Source: Pecten maximus (Eukaryota). Taken from it: DNA of 64,000 nt. The position numbers were made by a program, and so were the translations under genes. This document shows, in pieces, positions 14,401 to 26,400 of this stretch; the first letter of the stretch is position 1, and every line of letters begins with the position of its first letter. Under the pieces are notes generated by a model. The model did no database searches and had not been told where the DNA came from. It saw nothing but the letters and a program-made list of their open reading frames with translations. The stretch lies in contig NC_047015.1 of assembly GCF_902652985.1 (NCBI RefSeq), positions 7,378,001 to 7,442,000 on the forward strand, given 5' to 3'.

Positions 14401-17400
14401 CCTTTACAGTTGTTACTGATGTTGGTGTATAGTACCTTACCTTCACAGGTGTTATTGATGTTGGTGTATAGTACTTACCTTTACAGTTGTTATTGATGTT
14501 GGTGTATAGTACCTTACCTTTACAGGTGTTATTGATGTTGGTGTATAGTACTTACCTTTACAGTTGTTACTGATGTTGGTGTATAGTACCTTACCTTCAC
14601 AGGTGTTATTGATGTTGGTGTATAGTACCTTACCTTTACAGGTGTTATTGATGTTGGTGTATAGTACTTACCTTTACAGTTGTTACTGATGTTGGTGTAT
14701 AGTACCTTACCTTTACAGGTGTTATTGATGTTGGTGTATAGTACTTACCTTTACAGTTGTTACTGATGTTGGTGTATAGTACCTTACCTTCACAGGTGTT
14801 ATTGATGTTGGTGTATAGTACTTACCTTTACAGGTGTTATTGATGTTGGTGTATAGTACTTACCTTTACATGTGTTATTGATGTTGGTGTATAGTACTTA
14901 CCTTTACATGTGTTATTGATGGCGGTGTATAGTACTTACCTTTACAGGTGTTATTGATGTTGGTGTATAGTACTTACCTTTACAGGTGTTATTGATGTTG
15001 GTGTATAGTACTTACCTTCACAGTTGTTATTGATGTTGGTGTATAGTACTTACCTTTACAGGTGTTATTGATGTTGGTGTATAGTACTTACCTTTACAGG
15101 TGTTATTGATGTTGGTGTATAGTACTTACCTTCACAGTTGTTGTTGATGGCGGTGTACCCTATTTTACAGGAACATTGGTAGCTTCCTTTAGTGTTCAGA
15201 CAGTCCGCATTTACGCCACATACACCAGTGAGACATTCATTTGTATCTAAATAAAGCAACCAGTTTATGCTGGATCATATTTAGAAATCGTTGAACGCAC
15301 GATAAAGAAAAAAGTTATAAATATACTGGCAATGAGAATTCATAATACCCACATGAAAAAAACACAAAATCAAAAATATTGGCAATGAAAAATCATAATT
15401 AAAATACTCATAAAGTCAGAATACTTGCAATGAAAATTCATATTAGAATAAATCATAGAATCATTATGCTGGCAAGGAATTATTTAATAGATATAAATTC
15501 TATAATATAAAATCTAATTGAAGTATACCGACCTTCACAGTGAGTGATTTGGTCAAGGAAGCCGTCCTCACAAACACACCTATAACTTCCCACAGTATTA
15601 CTGCATTCAGAATTAGAATGACATATCCCTGGTGTTGTGCACTCGTCTACGTCTGAAAATCAACAATTGTAGACTAGAAATTCAATTTTTTTTTTCCAAT
15701 TTCTTACAGTCATTTGAATTGTTAGTTCAGTCTTACAGATGGTTGTTTTCAGTGTTTTAAGCCAGTTCATCAAAAACATAGTAAAAAAATAAATAGTATA
15801 ACATCCAGACTTTCATCAGGACGTCAAGACACTTTACCTTCACATGTAGCATCGACCTTATTGTAACCTGTGAGACACACGCACACGTGACCACCATCAA
15901 TATTAACGCAGTCGGAGTTAGAGGGACACGGGGTTGGATCGGCATCACATTCGTTAATGTCTGAAACAAGCACATCACTATGACCAAAAAGCAACATTAA
16001 CAGAAAGCTCTCCATTGATGTCGAAAACTGAAGTTCATATGCATCATAAATCAAATCTTTACAGTTCCAAACATGTATAGTAGTTCTTAGAATAAGTCAG
16101 TCTTTTTATATCTTATTTTTGTGACCTCATTCTATTACCTATATCATCATTAAGGTTTCAAAGGAACTATTTTAAAATTCGGACCTACCTTCGCACGTGT
16201 TGCCGATACTGATGAAGCCGTCAAAACAGGTACAGTTGTAACTACCGTCCGTGTTGTTACAATGGGCGTTACCAGGACAAGGAAAACTCAGACACTCGTC
16301 CCTGTCTATAGACATATTACAGCTTACTATTACACTGATAAAATACATCCCTAGTAATAATTTCATCCAGCAACACAAATATTGACGTCATTGTTTCTTA
16401 TAGCGTTTAAGCATAACTAGTCATGGTGTGTAATAGTTGTCTATGATAAGAGTCCACTAAACAAAGTAGAACCCTTATGTTTAAGCTGGATTGCATAAGT
16501 ATTCATTTGAATTGGTTTTGATAAAAAGAAGGTAATGTAATATTACAAAAACATGAATGCATTCTCCTCGCAGTTTATACGCTCCGTTTTCATTCCTGAC
16601 TCCACATCTTAAAATAATCATCTTAGTTAATATCAAAACGAGTCGCTCAGTAATAGTTGCTATTCCGGCCTTTTCGCTCATTATTCTGGGAGGGGTACGA
16701 TGGTTTGTCTGTTTTCAGTATGTAACCGAGTGGATTGTCCTGCTGGGTGTCTTCGGTAGTACATTTCCGTGATAAAGGAGGGAAAAGTTGGCATCAGTTC
16801 CACGCAATCACAAGGAAACAAACACAAACATAAGACAACCTTCCAAACACAAACTCACTACACGCATGCAGCTCACACACAAAAGAGGTCGTCCTTGAAT
16901 GACAATAGCTGAAGAAGGTTACACCATATTACTAAACACGATTGTCAGTAACTTACCTTTACCGCTGGTGAACGTTAAACAATATTACTAAACACGATTG
17001 TCAGTAACTCACCTTTGCATCCACCGCTCACCATCAAGTAGCCCGGGTGACAGACACACTGGTAGCTACCTGGAGAGTTATAGCAGAGAGCATGGTCTCC
17101 ACACGGTCCTTCCAAACATTCGTTGATATCTGTTTAAGGATATCTGACATATACCAAGTTGCTTATGCGGAATGCTTAGCATATAAACATTATTCGGCAT
17201 ATGAAAAAGTGCATCTCACACGATCTTTTGAGCAATCGGTTAAATCATGGTGTGTTCATTAACAGGAATAAAACGTACCTTCACAGCCTTCGGTCGTAAC
17301 TACGAACCCTGATTTACACTGACATGTAAAACTGCCTTCAGTGTTGATACAATCAGAATGATAAGGACATGTTGACGCGGCCAGACACTCGTTCACATCT

Positions 17401-20400
17401 GCCGAGTAAACAATTTTCTATGTACATACCAATAATAATGTGCTTACGACCTATTTTTTTCAATGCCATTGCTAGTATAATCTGACAGGAAACCAAATAT
17501 TTTAAGCTCAGAAAACCTTTAAATGATACAAAAAACAAGAATTATCTAGATTCAATTCATAGTCACTTGATTATCATACACTTCCATTTACATGTATTTT
17601 CAGCCTGAAAAGTGTCTTCGTTGTGATAGCAGAAACCATTCCTTACCTGTACATCCTGTAAGGTTATAGAAATATCCCAGCTCACACCTACAAATCGCGG
17701 TACCTTGAACGACATGGCAGACAGCATTTCCCGTGCATGGTTTTAGAGCACATAGGTTAACTACAGCGCTCTCAGTGGGTGAGGTATCTATGGAGTCTGG
17801 CTCGCTGATCTCCTTGAGTTTTGTTTCATCTAAATGTTAAAGTGTTTACATTCTAGCAGATAACTTTGGATAACCTTACTGACATCAGTTCTCCATAAAA
17901 CTAATTCTGACCGACAGAAAGGTAAAACAAAAATGACATCAGAGTTCCATAAAACTAAGTCTGACCGACAGAAAGGTAAAACAAAAATGACATCAGAGTT
18001 CCATAAAACTAAGTCTGACCGACAGAAAGGTAAAACAAAAATGACATCAGAGTTCCATAAAACTAAGTCTGATCGACAGAAAGGTGAAAAAATGACATCA
18101 TATTTCCATAAAACTAAGTCTGGTGGATAGAAAGATCAAAAACGGCATTCAATATACACAGACCCAGTGGGCAACACCATGTAAACATAATTCATAGAAT
18201 TTAAATAATTTAGGGAATAACATACCTAGAAAGGAAATGGCATCCTCTTTTAACATCATAGACGGATAATCAATGTTCCCATAAGCATTCCATAAGGCTT
18301 CCCCTAAAGTATCTCCTTCAAGTTGTTTGTGGCTCATGACGACTTCATAATCGACTTTGATACTGCCTGGACTAGTAAACAAACAATTAATATCACGTGA
18401 ACACATAAGTTGCACTGACCTATATAGCCTGTGACATACCGACCAATGAAAAAAATTATGATACTTACGAAAACTTTACAAAGGTTATGCTGATAATGCC
18501 CGGAAAATGTGCCCCTCTGTACAATTGCATAATCTGAAAGGAATGAATATACCAAAATTGTATTGTATGCTTCCCATATGTCATTGTCCAGAAGAGAATA
18601 TTTCTTCTACAATGACTGCTACGAAATTAAAGATTTGACGGCATTCAAATATTCAATATTCTCCCAGACACGCCAGACATATCTCACAAGATGGCCAGTG
18701 CTTTTGCTAATACTAAACTGGCATATTCCTGTGCGATATATTGTAGAGAAAACATGTATGTGGTCTCGATAGGAAAAAACATAACCGGATCTGTCCATAG
18801 CTTGAGCGTAGGACAGAGAACATTTCAATCGAGAAGGTGATTCTTCAGCCTTCGTGTTAGACTGTCAAGTATGTCTTTGATTATGAAATTGTATCTGTCA
18901 TACCCTCAAGTTTGGAATCTCAATCCAAGGGATGATTCTTAAAATGACAATCACGAGGCTTGTTGGGAATTTGATGTCTTTTTACCCCGAAGATTGAGAT
19001 CCCTCTTTCATAAGGGAGCGAACGATTCAATTTGCTACCATTTATACCAATGTGTTGTAGAAGTTCATCATGCAAACTTACAAACGCCAAGACGGCATGC
19101 ATGAGATCCCTATATTCGACTGAGTTAGGATCCTCGTACGCCTCATCCCAGTCTGCAACTAAAGCTATTGACGACAGGTACTGATCTGTTTGAGGTGTGT
19201 CCACAGTAACTGTTGGTGGCTCGGTTACCACGTTAGTAGAACCGGGAGTGACTGATACCACCGTTGTTGAAGGCGGCGATGTTGGCGTAGTTTCAGGTTG
19301 TTCGGAAACTGAAGTAACTGACTCTGTCGTGCTGGGGTTTGAGGCTCTCGCTATCGTTGGCACATTTGATGTCTCTGTGACTGTTTTATCTATTTGCGAG
19401 ACTGACGAATTGACAACATTCTCGGCGGTAGTGGTCTGAATATTCGTTATGGTGTTCGGAGTCTCGGTGATGTGTTTAGGAGATGAAGGGGAGGAAACAC
19501 CTGCTGAAAAAAAACATAATATTACTCAAGGCTTGACAAGCCAAACAGGACAACTTCATTATTATAAGCATACATCAGACTTTGTCACTAGATAATGTAC
19601 ATAGCGATAGATGAGACAAAATTGGATATCACTGCGGTATGAAAAACAGTAAGTACATGAATTATCTTGTTAAATCATGAGACCCACTGAATCAGTATTA
19701 TCCCGACGGTAAATCATACGTTGATTTCAGTAATACTTTATGTTTCACTTCATTACCTGAGCTGGATGCAGTTGGTGTTTGGTAGTCGTCATTCGGAACA
19801 GTTGACGTCTGGTCTGTACTCAATGTAATTGTTTCGTCTGAGAATGATGAGACTACTGAAATGGAAGATTGCTCCCTAAGCGTTGTTGTTAAAGTATAGG
19901 TTTCGTCCCCGATTAGTTCGTTTCCGAGATCTGAAGTTGATGAAGGTGACGTTTCCTCCACCAGAGAGGTAGTGGTTATTTCGCCCCCGAGAGCTGTGCT
20001 AGAGGTAGAAGATGGATGGTCATCGTGTGTTGTGGTTGATACAGTGGACGGTTCGTCCACGCTAGAGGTAGAGGACGGATGGTCACCGTGTGTTGTAATT
20101 GATACAGTGGACGGTTCGTCCCCGCTAGAGGTAAAGGATGGATGGTCACCGTGTGTTGTGGTTGATAAAGTTGACGGTTCGTCCCCGCTAGAGGTAAAGG
20201 ATGGATGATCACCGTGTGTTGTCATTGATACAGTGGACGGTTCGTCCCCGCTAGAGGTAGAGGATGGATGGTCACCGTGTGTTGTAATTGATACAGTGGA
20301 CGGCTCGTCCCCGCTAGAGGTAGAAGATGGATAATTACCATGTGTTGTCATTGATACAGTGGACGGTTCGTCCCCGCTAGAGGTAGAAGGTGGATGGTCA

Positions 20401-23400
20401 CCGTGTGTTGTGATTGATACAGTGGACGGTTCGTCCCCGCTAGAGGTAGAAGATGGATAATCACCGTGTGTTGTAATTGATACAGTGGACGGTTCATCAA
20501 CAAACGTTGTGATTGTTGTTGAGATTGGTGTTGTAGACTGTTCGCCTCCAAATGTTATTACTGATGTAGTGGACGGTTCATTCTCAAGAGTTGTGATTGA
20601 TTTAGCAGACGAATCGTCAACGATTGTTGTGATTGATGAAGGGGTTGTTTTATCTCCCAGAGTTGTGATTGTTGTAGTGGACGGTTCGTCTCCAAGAGTT
20701 GTGATTGTTGTAGTGGACGGTTTGTCTCCCAGAGTTGTGATTGTTGTAGTGGACGGTTCGTCTCCAAGAGTTGTGATTGTTGTAGTGGACGGTTTGTCTC
20801 CCAGAGTTGTGATTGTTGTAGTAAGCAGTTCGTCTCCCAGAGTTGTAATTGATGTAGTAGGCGGTTCGTCTCCCAGATTTGTGATTGGTGTAGTGGACGG
20901 TTCGTCTCCTAGAGTTGTGATTGTGGTAGTGGACGGTTCGTCTTCCAGAGTTGTGATTGTTGTAGTGGACGGTTCGTCTTCCAGAGTTGTGATTGTTGTA
21001 GTGGACGGTTCATCTCCAAGAGTTGTGATTGTTGTAGTGGACGGTTTGTCTCCTAGAGTTGTGATTGTGGTAGTGGACGGTTCATCTCCAAGAGTTATGA
21101 TTGTTGTAGTGGACGGTTCGTCTTCCAGAGTTGTGATTGTTGTAGTGGACGGTTCGTCTCCCAGAGTTGTGATTGTTGTAGTGGACGGTTCGTCTCCCAG
21201 AGTTGTGATTGGTGTAGTGGACGGTTCGTCTCCCAGAGTTGTGATTGGTGTAGTGGACGGTTCGTCTCCCAGAGTTGTGATTGGTGTAGTGGACGGTTCG
21301 TCTCCCAGAGTTGTGATTGGTGTAGTGGACGGTTCGTCTCCCAGAGTTGTGATTGTGGTAGTGGACAGTTCGTCTCTCAGATTTGTGATTGTTGTAGTGG
21401 ACGGTTCGTCTCCCAGAGTTGTGATTGTTGTAGTGGTCGGTTTGTCTCCCAGAGTTGTGGTTGGTGTAGTGGACGGTTCGTCTCCCAGAGTTGTGATTGG
21501 TGTAGTGGACGGTTCGTCTCCAAGAGTTGTGATTGGTGTAGTGGACGGTTTGTCTCCCAGAGTTGTGATTGTGGTAGTGGACGGTTCGTCTCCTAGAGTT
21601 GTGATTGTTGTAGTGGACGGTTCGTCTCCTAGGGTTGTGATTGATGTAGTGGAAAGTTCGTCTCCAAGAGTTGTGATTGTTGTAGTGGTCGGTTTGTCTC
21701 CCAGAGTTGTGATTGGTGTAGTGGACGGTTCGTCTCCCAGAGTTGTGATTGGTGTAGTGGACGGTTTGTCTCCCAGAGTTGTGATTGATGTAGTGGAAAG
21801 TTCGTCTCCTAGGGTTGTGATTGATGTAGTGGAAAGTTCGTCTCCAAGAGTTGTGATTGTTGTAGTGGACGGTTCATATCCCAGATTTGTGATTGGTGTA
21901 GTGGACGGTTTGTCTCCTAGAGTTGTGATTGATGTAGTGGACGGTTCGTCTCCTAGAGTTGTGATTGATGTAGTGGAATGTTCGTCTCCCAGAGTTGTGA
22001 TTGGTGTAGTGGACGGTTCATATCCCAGATTTGTGATTGGTGTAGTGAAAGGTTCGTCTCCCAGAGTTGTGATTGGTGTAGTGGACGGTTCGTCTCCCAG
22101 AGTTGTGATTGTTGTAGTAAGCGGTTCGTCTCCCAGAGTTGTGATTAATGTAGTAGGCGGTTCGTCTCCAAGAGTTGTGATTGGTGTAGTGGACGGTTCG
22201 TCTCCCAGAGTTGAGATTGTGGTAGTGGACGGTTCGTCTCCCAGAGTTGTGATTGTTGTAGTGGACGGTTCGTCTCCCAGAGTTGTGATAGTTGCAATGG
22301 ACGGTTCATCTCCACGAGTTGTGATTGGTGTAGTGGACAGTTCGTCTCCCAGAGTTGTGATTGTAGTGACGGTTCGTCTCCCAGTTGATTGGTGTAGTGG
22401 ACGGTTCGTCTCCCAGAGTTGTGATTGATGTAGTGGACGGTTCGTTTCCAAGAGTTGTGATTGTGGTAGTGGACGGTTCGTCTCCCAGAGTTGTGATTGG
22501 TGTAGTGGACAGTTCGTCTCCCAGAGTTGTGATTGGTGTAGTGGACGGTTCGTCTCCAAGAGTTGTGATTGGTGTAGTGGACGGTTCGTCTCCCAGAGTT
22601 GTGATTGGTGTAGTGGACGGTTCGTCTTCAAGAGTTGTGATTGTTGTAGTGACGGTTCGTCTCCCAGAGTTGTGATTGTTGTAGTGGACGGTTCGTCTCC
22701 AAGAGTTGTGATTGTTGTAGTGGACGGTTCGTCTCCAAGAGTTGTGATTGGTGTAGTGGACGGTTCGTCTCCAAGAGTTGTGATTGTGGTAGTGGACGGT
22801 TCGTCTCCCAGAGTTGTGATTGTGGTAGTGGACGGTTCGTCTCCCAGATTTGTGATTGTGGTAGTGGACGGTTCGTCTCCAAGAGTTGTGATTGTGGTAG
22901 TGGACGGTTTGTCTCCCAGAGTTGTGATTGTGGTAGTGGGCGGTTCGTCTCCTAGAGTTGTGATTGTTGTAGTGGACGGTTCGTCTCCCAGAGTTGTGAT
23001 TGTTGTGGTGGACGGTTCGTCTCCCAGAGTTGTGATTGCTGTAGTTGACATTTCGTCTCCAAAATTTGTGTATGAAGTATACGGCGACTTGTCCCGTTGA
23101 GTTGTGATTGAAGTAGTCGACGGTTGGTTCATTGGAGTGAGTGATATAGCCTGTGTATTTAATTCTGTCGTCTGTTCTATGTTTGATCCAGTATTTGTGT
23201 CTGATGCTAGAAAAAAGGGAAACGTTAACTTATGAAATCGGCAAATAATAAAGCAGCATCCATTCAAAGTCTTTTTGTGAAACCATCCCCCAATATGACA
23301 AAGCAAGCAAAAATAAAATAAACCGTTCTATACTTTGTTTGTTTTTGTTTAACGTCCTATTAACAGCCAGGGTCATTTAAGGACGTGCCAGGTTTTGGAG

Positions 23401-26400
23401 GTGGAGGAAAGCCGGAGTACCCGGAGAAAAACCACCGGCCTACGGTCAGTACCTAGCAACTGCCCTACGTAGGTTTCGAACTCGCAACCCAGTGGTGGAG
23501 AGATAAAGTGATAAAGTGTTGGGACACCTTAATCACTCGGCCACCGCGGCCCGTTCTATACATTGAATCTACACAGCAAACTTATGTAAATAGGTAATGT
23601 CCACAGAAACACTAATAATATCAATATTAGTGACAAGTTGCTAATTAAATGGCACATATGAAGAAACCGTTATTTGACGAGTATGCAGTAGCAGTCACTG
23701 AGTTTCGGGATGCCTCTCAGGCGCAGTCATTCGAATTTGTTCGGGATGACACACACTCGCAATCGCTGGATGTTGTTGTGAACGACATGCAGGGGCAGTC
23801 GCTCCATATTTTTTCGATAGCATTATTGAGCTAGTATTGAGAGGCAGATCATGTTAAAAGGGATGCAGGCTCTGAAAGCGATCATATCAGGAAAGGCAAT
23901 TTCTAGGTATTCTTTTCAATATCAAATTGTTAATTCAAAGAGCCTGGTTTGGCTAACATTGTCATCGATACACTGCTGGGTCTGCAGTTCTAAAGTGATT
24001 AAAATGTTTCAGCTTTGATGTGTTGCGGTCACGCCGTCCTTAAATGTAAATGATCATAGAATATTAAACAATTAAAACCAAATGTTGCCAGATGGGTCAG
24101 TGGACATGTTTGCCATTCTAGAATATGATGAGGTTCCGAGCTCCATAAATATGTTACCGGTGTACGTCGCATGCCATTACAGGGTAATTTGATTTCCTTT
24201 TAATTAGGATCAAAGCCTGTGTCCTGTTTGTGCCTCATTTGACGAAGCTTTAGATGATACAATGTTTGTTATTTGTGAAATAATGTCTTATCCTTAATGT
24301 CCTTGCCGTGCAAGAGTTCTTCAATGATGTAAACATTTGTATTCACATCAAATTGCTTGGAATTGACATCATCGAGCTGGTAGGAAATGTATCCGATCAC
24401 CATACAACCTTAACTGATTTGCTTTCTGCAAGGCCGTTCTTTTGAAGGGTTGGAATGTCGAGCAAGGAAAATGAGAGGTGCCCGCGAGTAATGGCAAGGG
24501 AAGTTTTTTCAGCGAACGTCGAGGATACAGAAGACCAGGTGGATGTAAGTTCAGTGAAGGAGATTTTAAGTTTTTGCTTTTGAGTTAAGCAGTGCAACAT
24601 TTGTAGTTCCTATCGTCGATTCAATATTCTTTTTAATAGTGACATTATCAGATCATAACATGAATCCTTATTTTATGATAATCCCCTATCCAAAAGTAAA
24701 AGTACCCAGATCGATGGACTTGTGGGGTAAGCGCACAGCCTTTTATGTAGCAAACATATCTTTATCCCCATTTTGACTATCTTTATTTCCCCAGAAGAAA
24801 ACCAAATTAATTAACCTGATTCCGAATGTTTGAATGAATTATTTCTTTTTATAAAAATCCGTGCACTTACCGGTTGATTCAATTCCTGGCGTATCAGTGG
24901 TTATTAAACTCTGAGGATTTGTAAAGCTAGGTATAATCGGGGAAGTGCTCGATATCATTTCAGTTGTCGTAAGTTCTGTACTAGCTTCGTGCGTTCGATG
25001 AGAAGAAGCGTCAAAAGTACTGACTGAAAAATGAAGAGAAAACCCGATTTAATACAGCATGTAGTACAGAGATACAGATACGTATAAGTAAATAAAAGTT
25101 AAATAAGTGAGCATTGATAGTTCCTATATGTTTATTAATGTTAATTTTTTACTATTCACAATAACCAGTCAAACTTACTTTCCGCCGTCTTTGTTGGTGA
25201 AACGATGACTGTTGTCACAAAAGCGTTTGTCATTGGCTCACTAGTCACTGATTCAGTTGTGACTAATTTAGTAGTGACTTTTCGAGTAGTTAATACTTCA
25301 GCAGTGACTGATTCAGTAGAACCTGTTATAGTAAATCGTTCTTCAGTAGTGACTGGCTCTACAGACGCTGCTTCAGTAGCGGCTGGCTCAATTGTAGCTG
25401 CTATAGTAGTGACTACTTCAGTAGATCCTGCTTCAATAGTGACTGCTTCAGTAGACGCTGTTTCAATAGTGACTGCTTCAGTAGACGCTGTTTCAATAGT
25501 GACTGCTTCAGTAGACGCTGCTTCAAAAGTGATAGGCTCAGTAGACGCTGTTTCAATAGTGATAGGCTCGGTAGAAACTGTTTCAATAGTGATAGGCTCA
25601 GTAGACGCTGTTTCAATAGTGACAGGCTCGGTAGAGACCTGTACATTAATGGATGACTTAGATGACATTGCCTCAGGAATGACTGCTTCAGAAGATCCGG
25701 CTTCAGTCGTGACTGACTCAGTAGATCCTGCTTCGATAGAGACTGGCTCAGTAGATACTGCTTCAGTTGTGACCGACTCAAAAGACATTGCTTCAGTAGT
25801 GACTTTCTCAGTATGCGCTGTTTCAGCAGTGACTGGCTCAGTAAACGCTGCTTCAGTAGTGCCTGGCTCAGTAGATGTTGCTTCAGTCGTGATTGGCTCT
25901 GTAGACGCTGCTTCATTCGTGATTGGCTCAGTAGACGTTGCTTCAGTAGTGCCTGGCTCAGTAGATGTTGCTTCAGTCGTGATTGGCTCAGTAGACGCTA
26001 TTGCAGTAGTGACTGGCTCAGTAGATGATGCTTCAGTCGTAATTGGCTCACTAGACGTTGCTTCATTCGTGATTGGCTCAGTAGACGTTGCTTCAGTCTT
26101 GATTGGCTCAGTAGACGCTGTTGCAGTAGTGACTTTATTAGTAGACGCTGTTTCAGCAGTGACTGGCTCAGTAGACGCTGTTTCAATAGTGACTAGCTCA
26201 GTAGAGCCTGCTTCAGTTATGAATGACTTAGATGACATTGATTCAGTTATGACCGCTTCAGTAGTGACTGACTCAGAAGATGTTACTTCAGTAGTGACTG
26301 ATATATGTGACGTTGCTTTAGTAGTGACTAACTCAGTAGATGATGTTTCGATAGAGACTTGCTCAGTAGATCCTGCTTCAGTTGTGACTGACTCAAAAGA

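Noticed and set aside
12133-15157. Regular direct-repeat arrays as possible CRISPR arrays, and ORFs within them
   Set aside because: No unique spacers, no cas genes and a eukaryotic intron context; these are minisatellites.
18619-18860. Alternative candidates for the missing SEA1 middle exon
   Set aside because: Wrong phase or stop codons; 18469-18533 fits the phases and the SEA pattern.
23460-23552. tRNA-like A and B boxes
   Set aside because: Head of a SINE: no full cloverleaf, and followed by a V core, tail and target-site duplication.
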